From the NCBI RefSeq assembly GCF_049478495.1, contig NZ_CP168083.1:1832991-1856990 (forward strand): a DNA stretch of 24,000 nt, read 5' to 3'. The stretch comes from Mycoplasma sp. P36-A1. GTDB lineage: Bacteria > Bacillota_I > Bacilli_A > JAJDGJ01. A program made the position numbers and the translations under genes. Positions 1-8,311 of the stretch are shown here, piece after piece. The stretch's first letter is position 1. Each line of letters opens with the position of its first letter. The notes beneath the pieces are model-generated. The model saw only the letters and a program-made list of their open reading frames with translations. It had not been told where the DNA came from and did no database searches.

Positions 1-591
1 GTTAATTATATAACTCTTATGTATTCTAAAAAATTTATCATGGCTTAGCTTATCTTCTAAGTCTTGCATTTTTTCTGTAGTGGGTATTTCTTCTTTATCT
101 ATCGTATATATGTATGTTTTTCTATTAGCACTTTCAATATATACTATTTTATTTATGTCTATAAACTTTGTTTTTTTATTATATGAAATACTGAGTTTTT
201 CTAGTTCATGATCATATGCATATTCTATTGTTTTAAAATGATTTTTTAATCGATTGACTAAGATGTTAAATCTTTTTGGATCTAATGGTTTTGTAATATA
301 GTCAAAGGTTCCTATTTCAAAGCTATCTAATGCATATTGATCATATGCTGTTGCAAATATAATATTTATTTCTTGATTTATTTCTTTTAGCTTTTTCCCA
401 ATTGTTAGACCATCATAATCTCCTAAGTTCATATCGACAAAAGCTACATCAATTTCTTCTATTTGAGAATAGTCTAGCATTTGTTGTCCATTGATAAATT
501 CTATTATATTTATTTCTTTAAAGTTTTCATTTAAAAGATATCTTAATTCATCTCTAGCTGCTTTTTCATCATCTATTATTGCAAATAACAT
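1..591 (-). CDS. LytTR-family response regulator (receiver + LytTR DNA-binding domain); 3' end runs off the window
   Basis: Not in the ORF track because there is no stop inside the window. Own minus-strand translation from ATG 589-591 gives MLFAIIDDEKAARDEL..., with receiver Asp context MLDYSQIEEIDVAFVDMNLG. The last codons in the window read FFRIHKSYIIN, which is LytTR-like. AGGAGG lies at 603-608. The gene starts 6 nt after the stop of the upstream kinase. Confidence 0.8.
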   Translation of the reverse strand, partial: MLFAIIDDEKAARDELRYLLNENFKEINIIEFINGQQMLDYSQIEEIDVAFVDMNLGDYDGLTIGKKLKEINQEINIIFATAYDQYALDSFEIGTFDYITKPLDPKRFNILVNRLKNHFKTIEYAYDHELEKLSISYNKKTKFIDINKIVYIESANRKTYIYTIDKEEIPTTEKMQDLEDKLSHDKFFRIHKSYIIN

Positions 592-597
592 ATTATA

Positions 598-2250
598 TTA
601 ATCCTCCTTTATCGGTATAAACATTGTAACTATTGTATATTCATTAACTTTTGATTGAACTTGTAAGCCGTATTTTTTACCATATAAATTTGTAAGTCTT
701 TCACTTACATTTGATATTCCTATACTGTTGGTATTTCTTGAATTTGATGTTATTTCTTCTAATTTTTCTTTTGACATTCCTTTTCCATTATCTTTAATTA
801 TTATAATATAATCGTTTATATTTTTATTGATTATTACTTCTATTTTCCCTGATTCTAGACCTCGTAAACCATGTTTAATAGCATTTTCAACTATTGGTTG
901 TATACTAAATCTAGGTAGTTTTGGATTTAGATCTTGTTTATTATTTATTATTAATTTAATGCTTTCACCAAATCTTGCTTTTTCAAGTGTAAAATAGACT
1001 TCGATATTTTCTAATTCTTCTTCTAAAGGTATTAATTGATCTGGCTTTTTTAGCACTCCTCTGAAGTAATTACTTAAATCTACAAGTAATTTTCTTGATT
1101 TATCAGAATCAGTTCTTGATATAGATATTATTGTATTTAAAATATTAAAAAGAAAGTGTGGATTTATTTGTGCCTGTAGCATAGCATATTCTGCTTCTTT
1201 TACTTTTTCTTTATTGATGTCTATTTCTGCTAATTCTAGTTGCGTTGACACTATGCTTGCTAATCCTCTAATAAATTCATTATTTGATTCTTCTGTTAGA
1301 CTTTTATTTTTAAGTATTAAAACTAAGTAGCCTATCTTTTCTTTGTCTTGGTATAGAGTTGCTGCCACATAATTATCTTCATTATGTAGTAAATTGAATG
1401 GCTTTTTATTTCTTCTTTTGGTATCTTTGGCTAATAATTCATCTACAATATCATAATTTACATTGTATCTTTTATGCGCACTAGCTATTAATGTCTTTTT
1501 TTCACTATATATCATTGTATGTTTTATGTCACTATCTTCTTCTATTATTGATAATGCTTTACTTATATTTACAGGATCATTGATACCTTTTCTTAAAAAT
1601 GGCATCATTCTTCCTGCAAGTCTAAGTGCATGACTAGCTTTTTTTGAAGAATATAGCTCTACATGAAGTATGCTTTGTTCAAATACGCTTAATAGTAAAA
1701 CTGCACCCATACAATTTAAAATAAACATCATTGATAAACTATTTACTATAAATGATACTGCTTGATCAAATGGACGGGCTATCAATAGTATAAGCAATCC
1801 TTCGATAACACCCGCAATAGCCATTGCTATTGCAACTTTTTTTGAACGGTAGGGAAAAAAGTCTCTTTTATAACAAAAACTACCAATAATTCCAACTACT
1901 AGTGTTGATATTGAACACGCTATTGCGGTTAGATCTGCTGGAGAATAAAAATATCGATGTATTCCAGCTGCAAGACCTGAGGCTATTCCAACCCATGGGC
2001 CAAATAGTAGTCCACCTGAAAATACAACTACAGATCTTGTATTTACTATTCCTTCCATTCTCTGTGTACCAAATATTGTTGCACATATTCCTAGTATTGA
2101 GAAGATTAACGCTAAAGGAATAATGTCATTTTTAGCTAATTTTTCTTTAGTTAGCCAGTATGAAAAGTCTTTAAATCTTGTCATTAATTGTCCTGCCATT
2201 ACTAGTAATCCTAGATTTATTACTATTGTGTATACTGCTGCAAAGTCCAT
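598..2250 (-). CDS. LytS-type sensor histidine kinase (multi-TM 5TMR-LYT-like N-terminus, GAF-like middle, His_kinase + HATPase C-terminus)
   Basis: 550-aa ORF. The N-terminal ~200 aa are strongly hydrophobic. The QINPHFLFNILNTI motif is typical of LytS/YehU-type kinases. The C-terminus has ATPase motifs (IVENAIKHG, DNGKGM). It sits immediately upstream of a LytTR regulator. Confidence 0.85.
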   Translation of the reverse strand: MDFAAVYTIVINLGLLVMAGQLMTRFKDFSYWLTKEKLAKNDIIPLALIFSILGICATIFGTQRMEGIVNTRSVVVFSGGLLFGPWVGIASGLAAGIHRYFYSPADLTAIACSISTLVVGIIGSFCYKRDFFPYRSKKVAIAMAIAGVIEGLLILLIARPFDQAVSFIVNSLSMMFILNCMGAVLLLSVFEQSILHVELYSSKKASHALRLAGRMMPFLRKGINDPVNISKALSIIEEDSDIKHTMIYSEKKTLIASAHKRYNVNYDIVDELLAKDTKRRNKKPFNLLHNEDNYVAATLYQDKEKIGYLVLILKNKSLTEESNNEFIRGLASIVSTQLELAEIDINKEKVKEAEYAMLQAQINPHFLFNILNTIISISRTDSDKSRKLLVDLSNYFRGVLKKPDQLIPLEEELENIEVYFTLEKARFGESIKLIINNKQDLNPKLPRFSIQPIVENAIKHGLRGLESGKIEVIINKNINDYIIIIKDNGKGMSKEKLEEITSNSRNTNSIGISNVSERLTNLYGKKYGLQVQSKVNEYTIVTMFIPIKED

Positions 2251-2311
2251 TATTGTTCCCTCTTTTCTTTATATGTTATATTGCTTATTATAATTAATTA
2301 ATCTTTTTACA

Positions 2312-2320
2312 TGCTATAAT
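2312..2320 (+). promoter_or_regulatory. Extended -10 promoter (TGcTATAAT) for the DsbA-like gene
   Basis: TGCTATAAT at 2312-2320 and GGAGG at 2329-2333, 7 nt before ATG 2341. The -35 is weak. Confidence 0.45.
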
Positions 2321-2340
2321 CTATAAAAGGAGGTTTTTTT

Positions 2341-2922
2341 ATGATTTATTTAGCAGTTAGTCCATTTTGTCCCTATTGTTATGCAAATGATAGAATTTTA
2401 GAGCAGGAAATTCCTACTCTTGATGATAATGACATTACAATTATTCCACACTTATTAACACCTGATTTAGTTGATTATGATGAAATTTTATATAATAGTG
2501 CTATTAGTGCTTATAAAAAACATGCGTTGCCTTATTTAGAGAAAAAGAATTTATTTAATTCTAAACCTTATAAATATGAAAATGTCTTAACATCTAAGCT
2601 TGTTTTTTTATCTTATTATTATTTAAGAGAATTTAATCTAGGTCTTCAATTTTATCATGAAGTTACAAGAAGATTCTGGGAGTCTGACTTTAATTTTGGT
2701 ATACTTGAAAATCTTGCTTTGATAGTTAAAGATTTTGGTTTAAATGTAGATGATTATAAGATACATTATGACGACTTAGCTTATCAAGAGCAATATGACA
2801 AATATCTACAAATGCATGATGATTATGATGTTGATACTGTTCCTACTTATATTTTTGAAGATGAAATGATAGCAGGAGCTGGAAGTGCAATCAAAAAGGT
2901 AAAGGAAATTACAAAAAAATAA
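2341..2922 (+). CDS. DsbA/FrnE-like thioredoxin-fold protein (putative dithiol-disulfide oxidoreductase)
   Basis: 193-aa ORF with a strong RBS. It has an N-terminal CPYC (CxxC) motif in FCPYCY context and a C-terminal DTVPTYIF motif typical of the DsbA family. It is one of only two plus-strand genes in the window. Confidence 0.55.
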   Translation: MIYLAVSPFCPYCYANDRILEQEIPTLDDNDITIIPHLLTPDLVDYDEILYNSAISAYKKHALPYLEKKNLFNSKPYKYENVLTSKLVFLSYYYLREFNLGLQFYHEVTRRFWESDFNFGILENLALIVKDFGLNVDDYKIHYDDLAYQEQYDKYLQMHDDYDVDTVPTYIFEDEMIAGAGSAIKKVKEITKK

Positions 2923-2926
2923 GAAA

Positions 2927-2977
2927 AAAAATCTTTATGAAAACTAGTTAAAAAAGCTAGTAATCATAGAGATTTTT
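2927..2977. terminator. Bidirectional hairpin between convergent genes (DsbA-like gene and small ORF)
   Basis: AAAAATCTTTATG (2927-2939) pairs with CATAGAGATTTTT (2965-2977), with one T:G pair. An inner stem ACTAGT/GCTAGT forms in the loop. The structure is flanked by an A-run on the left and a T-run on the right. Confidence 0.5.
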
Positions 2978-3074
2978 ATTTGCTTACTATTTTTATTTTT
3001 GTCATGTTGTTAAAGTTAATCCATGTTACTAAGAATAGTAGCGTGGCACTTAGTATGAACCAAATTATATTCAT
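2976..3074 (-). CDS. Hypothetical 32-aa hydrophobic peptide (MNIIWFILSATLLFLVTWINFNNMTKIKIVSK)
   Basis: Own translation; the ORF is too short for the ORF track. GAGGTGGAG Shine-Dalgarno lies 4 nt upstream of ATG 3072-3074, and the stop is TAA at 2976-2978. It has its own promoter (3094-3122) and a terminator. It has one predicted TM segment and a Lys-rich tail. Confidence 0.4.
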   Translation of the reverse strand: MNIIWFILSATLLFLVTWINFNNMTKIKIVSK

Positions 3075-3093
3075 CAGTCTCCACCTCATATCT

Positions 3094-3122
3094 ATTATAC
3101 AACAATGTTTAAAATATGGCAA
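3094..3122 (-). promoter_or_regulatory. Sigma-A-type promoter of the small ORF
   Basis: On the minus strand: TTGCCA (3117-3122), a 17-nt spacer, then TATAAT (3094-3099). It sits ~20 nt upstream of the RBS and just downstream of the ftsH terminator. Confidence 0.5.
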
Positions 3123-3178
3123 TGTTTAGTTCAAAATATGTTCAATCTTAACAATCTAATAGTTTTTTAACTAAAAAC

Positions 3179-3203
3179 AAAAAAATACGATTTCTCGTAT
3201 TTT
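3179..3203 (-). terminator. Rho-independent terminator of ftsH
   Basis: Stem ATACGA (3185-3190) / TCGTAT (3195-3200) with loop TTTC, extendable by A:T pairs. It is followed on the minus strand by a T-run (A-run 3179-3184 on plus). It overlaps the ftsH stop codon. Confidence 0.6.
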
Positions 3204-5154
3204 AAAGTTCTTTTGGATCGTCAATTGACTCTAATTTTTGGTTTAAAGCGACTGGATCTTTAGAAATATTTTCATCTTTATCTATAGTTTGATCATTATC
3301 ATCTTCTACTTCTTTAGCAACTGGTACTGGTAATTTTCCAGTTGTAAATAATGAATATATTTCTTCTTTTGTTAGAGTTTCTTTTTCTAACAATGTTTTT
3401 GCTATTAATGTATGTAATTCTGAATTTTCTAATAAAATTTCTTTTGATTTTTCATAACATCCATCAATTATTTTTCTTATTTCTTTATCTATTTCATATG
3501 CTACATTATCAGAGAAGTTCTTTTTAGAGTTGTAATCTCTACCTAAGAAAACTGAACCTTCAGCTTGTCCATATTGAACTGTTCCTAATGCTGACATACC
3601 ATATTGTGTAACCATGTTACGTGCAATTTCTGTTGCTTTTTCAATATCATTTGAAGCACCTGTAGAAATATCTTGGAATTTAATTTCTTCTGCTACACGT
3701 CCTGATAATAATCCTACGATTCTTGCTTCTAATTGCTTTTTAGTCATTAGGAAACCATCATCTTTAGGAGTCATTAGAACATATCCTCCTGCATTACCTC
3801 TTGGTATAATTGTTACTTTTTGTACTACTTCTGCATCTTCTAAAATCAGACCAGTAACAGCATGTCCAGATTCGTGATAAGCAACTACTTCAATATCATG
3901 TTTGTTTAATTTCTTGCTTTTCTTAGCTGGTCCACCTATTACTCTATCTATTGCTTCATCAAGATCATTCATATCAATAACGTTTCTTCCTGATCTTACA
4001 GCTAATAAAGCTGCTTCATTTAGAATATTTTCTAAGTCTGCACCAGTAAATCCAGGTGTTCTTTCAGCTAAATAATCTAGTTTTACTTCTGGAGCTAACT
4101 TTTTATTTCTAGCATGGACTTTTAGTATTTCTACTCTACCTTCTCTATCTGGTCTATTTATTTCTATTTGTCTATCAAATCGTCCTGGTCTTAAAATAGC
4201 TGGGTCTAGTACGTCTGGTCTATTTGTGGCAGCAATCATAATAATTCCTGAGTTTTCATTAAATCCATCCATTTCAACTAATAATTGATTTAATGTTTGT
4301 TCTCTTTCATCATTTCCACCACCAACACCGGCACCACGTTGACGTCCTACTGCATCTATTTCATCAATAAAGATTATACAAGGAGCATTTAATTTAGCTT
4401 CTTTAAACATATCTCTTACTCTACTTGCTCCAACTCCAACAAATAACTCTACAAAGTCAGATCCTGAAATTGTATAGAATGGAACTCCTGCTTCACCTGC
4501 AACAGCTTTGGCAAGTAATGTTTTACCTGTACCTGGAGGACCTACTAATAATACACCTTTAGGTATTCTAGCACCCATTTCTAAGTATTTTTTTGGTCGT
4601 TTCAGATAATCTACTAATTCTATTAATTCTTCTTTTTCTTCTTTAACACCTGCAACATCTTTAAATGTTACTTTATTATTACCTTTATCAAGTTTTGCAC
4701 GGCTTTTTCCATATTCCATTCCTTTAGCTCCACCTTGAGATCTCATCATAAAGACTAAGAATCCTCCAAGTATTACTAATGGTATTATTGTTCCAGCAAG
4801 CTGGTACCATACATTACTTTGTTGTCCATTAAATTTGACATCAATTCCTTTATCACCTGCAACATCAATTAATTCTTGATATTGTTCGCTTGTTAAAGGT
4901 GCATTTCCTTCAAATATTTGTTCACTAGTGGCGTTATCACTACCTTTAGTAGTTATTCTACCTTGAACACTCATTACACCACTTTGTGTTGTTACCTCTA
5001 ATTTACTTACTTCTTTTGTTTCAATTGTTTTAATTAACTGTGTATAACTAAGATTTGTTACTCTTCCTGATGAAGTGAATGCTAGGTATGCAACAAATAA
5101 TAGTATCATTGAGACTAATAACAAGAAACTATATGAATTTTTTTTATTTTTCAT
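3202..5154 (-). CDS. ftsH: ATP-dependent zinc metalloprotease FtsH
   Basis: 650 aa with an N-terminal TM segment. It has Walker A GPPGTGKT, Walker B IIFIDEID, the SRH region, and the zinc motif HESGH. Confidence 0.97.
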   Translation of the reverse strand: MKNKKNSYSFLLLVSMILLFVAYLAFTSSGRVTNLSYTQLIKTIETKEVSKLEVTTQSGVMSVQGRITTKGSDNATSEQIFEGNAPLTSEQYQELIDVAGDKGIDVKFNGQQSNVWYQLAGTIIPLVILGGFLVFMMRSQGGAKGMEYGKSRAKLDKGNNKVTFKDVAGVKEEKEELIELVDYLKRPKKYLEMGARIPKGVLLVGPPGTGKTLLAKAVAGEAGVPFYTISGSDFVELFVGVGASRVRDMFKEAKLNAPCIIFIDEIDAVGRQRGAGVGGGNDEREQTLNQLLVEMDGFNENSGIIMIAATNRPDVLDPAILRPGRFDRQIEINRPDREGRVEILKVHARNKKLAPEVKLDYLAERTPGFTGADLENILNEAALLAVRSGRNVIDMNDLDEAIDRVIGGPAKKSKKLNKHDIEVVAYHESGHAVTGLILEDAEVVQKVTIIPRGNAGGYVLMTPKDDGFLMTKKQLEARIVGLLSGRVAEEIKFQDISTGASNDIEKATEIARNMVTQYGMSALGTVQYGQAEGSVFLGRDYNSKKNFSDNVAYEIDKEIRKIIDGCYEKSKEILLENSELHTLIAKTLLEKETLTKEEIYSLFTTGKLPVPVAKEVEDDNDQTIDKDENISKDPVALNQKLESIDDPKEL

Positions 5155-5169
5155 TTATCCCTACCACCT

Positions 5170-5712
5170 CTACATGTAACATTCTTCTTTTAAAACTCCA
5201 ATATATGGTAAGTTGCGATATAACTCATCATAATCAAGTCCGAATCCAATTACGAATTCATTTGGCACTATGTAACCTACATAGTCAGCTTCCATTTCAA
5301 CTACTCTTCCATCAGGCTTATCTAGTAAAGTTGCTACTTTTAAAGTCTTAGGTGAACGATTAGTTAATATTCCCATTATTGTTTTTAATGTTTTTCCAGT
5401 ATCAACTATATCTTCAACAATTAATACATTGGCTTGACCTATTGTTCTAGTTAAGTCTTTTAATATTCTTACTTCTCCAGTGCTCATAGTACCACGGTAA
5501 CTACTAACATCCATAAAATCAATTTCACAATCAATTTTTATGTGTTTCATTAGTTCTGCAAGAAATGGTACTGAACCACTAAGTAGTCCTACTAATGTAA
5601 TTCTTTCACCTTTATAGTCTTCATTAATTTGATCTGCTAATTCTTTAATTCTTTTGATTATTTGGTCTTCACTAAATAATATTTTCTTTACATTCTTGTG
5701 CATGAATGCCAC
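5170..5712 (-). CDS. hpt: Hypoxanthine-guanine phosphoribosyltransferase
   Basis: 180 aa with the PRPP-binding motif VLIVEDIVDTGKTL. It occupies the conserved tilS-hpt-ftsH position. Confidence 0.93.
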   Translation of the reverse strand: MAFMHKNVKKILFSEDQIIKRIKELADQINEDYKGERITLVGLLSGSVPFLAELMKHIKIDCEIDFMDVSSYRGTMSTGEVRILKDLTRTIGQANVLIVEDIVDTGKTLKTIMGILTNRSPKTLKVATLLDKPDGRVVEMEADYVGYIVPNEFVIGFGLDYDELYRNLPYIGVLKEECYM

Positions 5713-5717
5713 CTCCG

Positions 5718-6842
5718 CTAGTAATTAAAAGCCCAATCTATTACAGTATCATTTTTTACAACTACTGGTAGACTGTCTTGAAGAAATTTTGCAATTTTTC
5801 TTTTTTTGATTTTTTGTAAATGTTTCTTCGTATTTTTCCCCATATTAGACAATTCTTTGTCTGTTATAGCTCTGATTATGTATGGATAATCAGTTGTGAT
5901 TTGTTTAAGATTAAAGTTAAAATTATCCTTGAAATATTGTTTAATCTTTATGTAATCTGTATCATTTGTTACTTCAAATTTATATTTTTTCACATTTGGA
6001 TACAACGTATAAATAATACCATAACTAACAATTACAGTTGTGTCTAAAAAGGTTTTTTGTAATGCTGATGCAGTCTCTATTTGACGTATTATTTCATCTA
6101 AATTTTTGGTTGTTACACTGTAATTTTTCATAATTGAATATAACCAACGTCGTTTAATATTTTGGTTCCATTTTTTAAATTCTGAGACTTTATAAAATGG
6201 TTTATTATTTTTTTGTAAAAATCTTATTTCTTTAAATAATCTCTCATTCTTTTCTAGTACTTCTTGATGAATTATATTTTTTTCTGCTACTGTAAGTTTA
6301 CTTAATTCATGTCTATTAACATTTCTTGTATAGTCTAGTGTCAAGTTAGATGAATCTTGGTGAAAAGGTACATTATTTATTTTACTATAATTATTAATAT
6401 CGCTTTTATACCAATCTAGCAACGGTCTAATTACTAGTAAGCTTTTATGCTGAGTTATTGATGCTATTCCATAATAACTATAAATTCCACCACGATTTTT
6501 TTGGAATAAGTAGGTTTCTAAGTAATCATCTTTATGATGAGCAACATATAGTATATTAGTATCATACTTTTTTGCTACTTCCATAAAGAAATCATATCTT
6601 ATATCTCTTGCTTGAGCCTGGAAATTTTCATGTGTATATTCTTCTTTTTTTACTGTTTTTGTTTCTAATATAATATTTTTATTTTTTATGTATTCTTTAA
6701 TTACTTCTAAATCGATATATGAATCTATTCTTTTTTGATAATTAACATGAGCTGCGACTATTTCAAAGTCTTTTTTATACATTATATCTAGTAGTACCAT
6801 TGAATCTATTCCGCCACTTAGGGCTATTATTATTTTTTTCAT
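5718..6842 (-). CDS. tilS: tRNA(Ile)-lysidine synthetase TilS
   Basis: The PP-loop SGGIDS lies directly after MKKIIIAL, followed by the HVNYQKR motif. The start is moved to ATG 6840-6842 (Met35 of the track ORF) because the longer form overlaps the upstream gene and adds non-conserved sequence. Confidence 0.88.
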   Translation of the reverse strand: MKKIIIALSGGIDSMVLLDIMYKKDFEIVAAHVNYQKRIDSYIDLEVIKEYIKNKNIILETKTVKKEEYTHENFQAQARDIRYDFFMEVAKKYDTNILYVAHHKDDYLETYLFQKNRGGIYSYYGIASITQHKSLLVIRPLLDWYKSDINNYSKINNVPFHQDSSNLTLDYTRNVNRHELSKLTVAEKNIIHQEVLEKNERLFKEIRFLQKNNKPFYKVSEFKKWNQNIKRRWLYSIMKNYSVTTKNLDEIIRQIETASALQKTFLDTTVIVSYGIIYTLYPNVKKYKFEVTNDTDYIKIKQYFKDNFNFNLKQITTDYPYIIRAITDKELSNMGKNTKKHLQKIKKRKIAKFLQDSLPVVVKNDTVIDWAFNY

Positions 6843-6864
6843 TATAGATAATAATGCACCAGAC

Positions 6865-7161
6865 TTACTCTGGTGCACTCTCACTTTCATCATCAGGTAA
6901 AATATATACTGTTGTTCCTTTTTCAGTTGAGAACATTGTTCCACTTACATAAGATTGTATATATTCATCATCTTTTAATTTAGTTACTTCATTGTTTAAT
7001 GTATCAGTCTCTGTTTTTAATTGCTCATTTTCTGTATTTGCTTTACTTAAAGCATGTTTTAATTGAACGGTTGAAAATAAATCGCTACTTATATTTAATA
7101 CCATAAATGCCATGAATGTAAGTAGAACTACTCTAGATATTTGTTTTACTCTTTTATTCAT
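6865..7161 (-). CDS. divIC: Septum formation initiator family protein (DivIC/FtsB-like)
   Basis: Small bitopic protein with an N-terminal TM (VVLLTFMAFMVL), a coiled-coil (NEQLKTETDTLNNEVTKLKDDEYIQ), and the conserved position upstream of tilS. ATG 7159-7161 is preferred over the TTG at 7176, which overlaps the upstream gene. Confidence 0.7.
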   Translation of the reverse strand: MNKRVKQISRVVLLTFMAFMVLNISSDLFSTVQLKHALSKANTENEQLKTETDTLNNEVTKLKDDEYIQSYVSGTMFSTEKGTTVYILPDDESESAPE

Positions 7162-7162
7162 A

Positions 7163-8041
7163 TTATTTTGCCTCAACTAAATCTAAATAATCTTGGAAAA
7201 ATCCTTTTGCTTTATCTAGATAGGCACTTGCAAAAAAGCTAAAGTCTACTGCTAATTCTTCTGATAGTCCTATTTGATGTTTATATTTTGCAACATTATG
7301 CCATTGCAAGCATTGAAACATTCTCCATGCATATAGTCTTTGGTATTCTTCTCTACCTGGGTTTTCAAAGTATACTTCCATTAAATCTTTTGCATGATCA
7401 AAATTAGCGTTACCATAACATGCAATGTCATATATTGGATCATTATTTCCTGCAAACTCCCAATCTAGTAAATATAATCTATCGTTACCTACTACAAAGT
7501 TACTTGTTTGTGAATCACCATGAGCTGCTACTAATGGTGCATCCTTTAGTACTATTTCATAGATGTCTAACCATTTGTCTTTCAATGCTAAGTACACTGG
7601 ATCTTTTGTTTCAGTAATACTTTCATATTTTTCTAATCTTTCTAATGGATTATAGTCATATTTGAACTTTGGAATTGAGTGTAGTTTCTTAAGTAACTGT
7701 GCAACAGCTTCTGTTGGTTTATTACTTAGTTCACTTACTGGTTCTCCTTCGACAAATGGAGCAATTTTATAACCAGTTTCTACATCAAAATAAATTGGTG
7801 CAGGTTGGAAATCATAAGGTTTTATTTCTCCTATAATTTCAAATTCCTTTTCTCTATCGGTAAAATGTTCTGCTCCTTTACCTGGAACTCTGAATGTATA
7901 TTTTTTATTATCAATTGTAATTACATAAGTATAATTAGACATTCCGCCCATTAAACGGAATTCTACATTACAATCACTGCAAATCACTTCTTTTACAACT
8001 TTCTTAATAATTTGTTCGTTGTTTTCAACACTATTTTTCAT
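7163..8041 (-). CDS. Choline/ethanolamine kinase family phosphotransferase (LicA-like, APH fold)
   Basis: 292 aa. Brenner motif HGDSQTSNF (HxDxxxxN) and choline-kinase motif LLDWEFAGNNDPIYDIA. RBS AAGGTGGTGG lies upstream of ATG 8039-8041. Confidence 0.7.
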   Translation of the reverse strand: MKNSVENNEQIIKKVVKEVICSDCNVEFRLMGGMSNYTYVITIDNKKYTFRVPGKGAEHFTDREKEFEIIGEIKPYDFQPAPIYFDVETGYKIAPFVEGEPVSELSNKPTEAVAQLLKKLHSIPKFKYDYNPLERLEKYESITETKDPVYLALKDKWLDIYEIVLKDAPLVAAHGDSQTSNFVVGNDRLYLLDWEFAGNNDPIYDIACYGNANFDHAKDLMEVYFENPGREEYQRLYAWRMFQCLQWHNVAKYKHQIGLSEELAVDFSFFASAYLDKAKGFFQDYLDLVEAK

Positions 8042-8061
8042 AGTACCACCACCTTAAGTAT

Positions 8062-8090
8062 ATTATAGAACAATGTAAATTTTTTTTCAA
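8062..8090 (-). promoter_or_regulatory. Sigma-A-type promoter of the kinase-divIC-tilS-hpt-ftsH cluster
   Basis: On the minus strand: TTGAAA (8085-8090), a 17-nt spacer, then TATAAT (8062-8067). It lies between the IS left end and the kinase start. Confidence 0.5.
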
Positions 8091-8162
8091 TTGAATAAGT
8101 ATATGTTATGTAAATATTAGCTTATTTTACTTATTAGTTAAGTTTCTATAATTTTTAAGCAA

Positions 8163-8170
8163 AAAAAAAT
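8163..8170. repeat. Target-site duplication, left copy (AAAAAAAT)
   Basis: These 8 bp immediately outside IRL are identical to the 8 bp immediately outside IRR (9687-9694). Confidence 0.8.
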
Positions 8171-8267
8171 GGTTCTATAATTTATAGGGTGGAATAACAA
8201 ATTCAAGTATTACTTGAAATGTTATCCACCCTTAAATTGTTAATATAAAGAAAAAGACATTTATCTT

Positions 8268-8276
8268 TGTTATAAT
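8268..8276 (+). promoter_or_regulatory. Extended -10 promoter (TGtTATAAT) of the transposase
   Basis: TGTTATAAT at 8268-8276, and AAGGAGA at 8297-8303, 8 nt before ATG 8312. Confidence 0.4.
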
Positions 8277-8311
8277 TTAAGCGACTAAAATAAATTAAGG
8301 AGATAAATGTC

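Noticed and set aside
6843-6944. N-terminal extensions proposed by the track for tilS (to 6944), atpD (to 11581), tsaC (to 19083), csp (to 19686) and divIC (TTG at 7176).
   Set aside because: The extensions overlap the upstream gene or run through predicted promoter or leader sequence. They add non-conserved residues before the canonical N-termini. Internal ATGs with good Shine-Dalgarno sequences exist at the positions expected from homologues.
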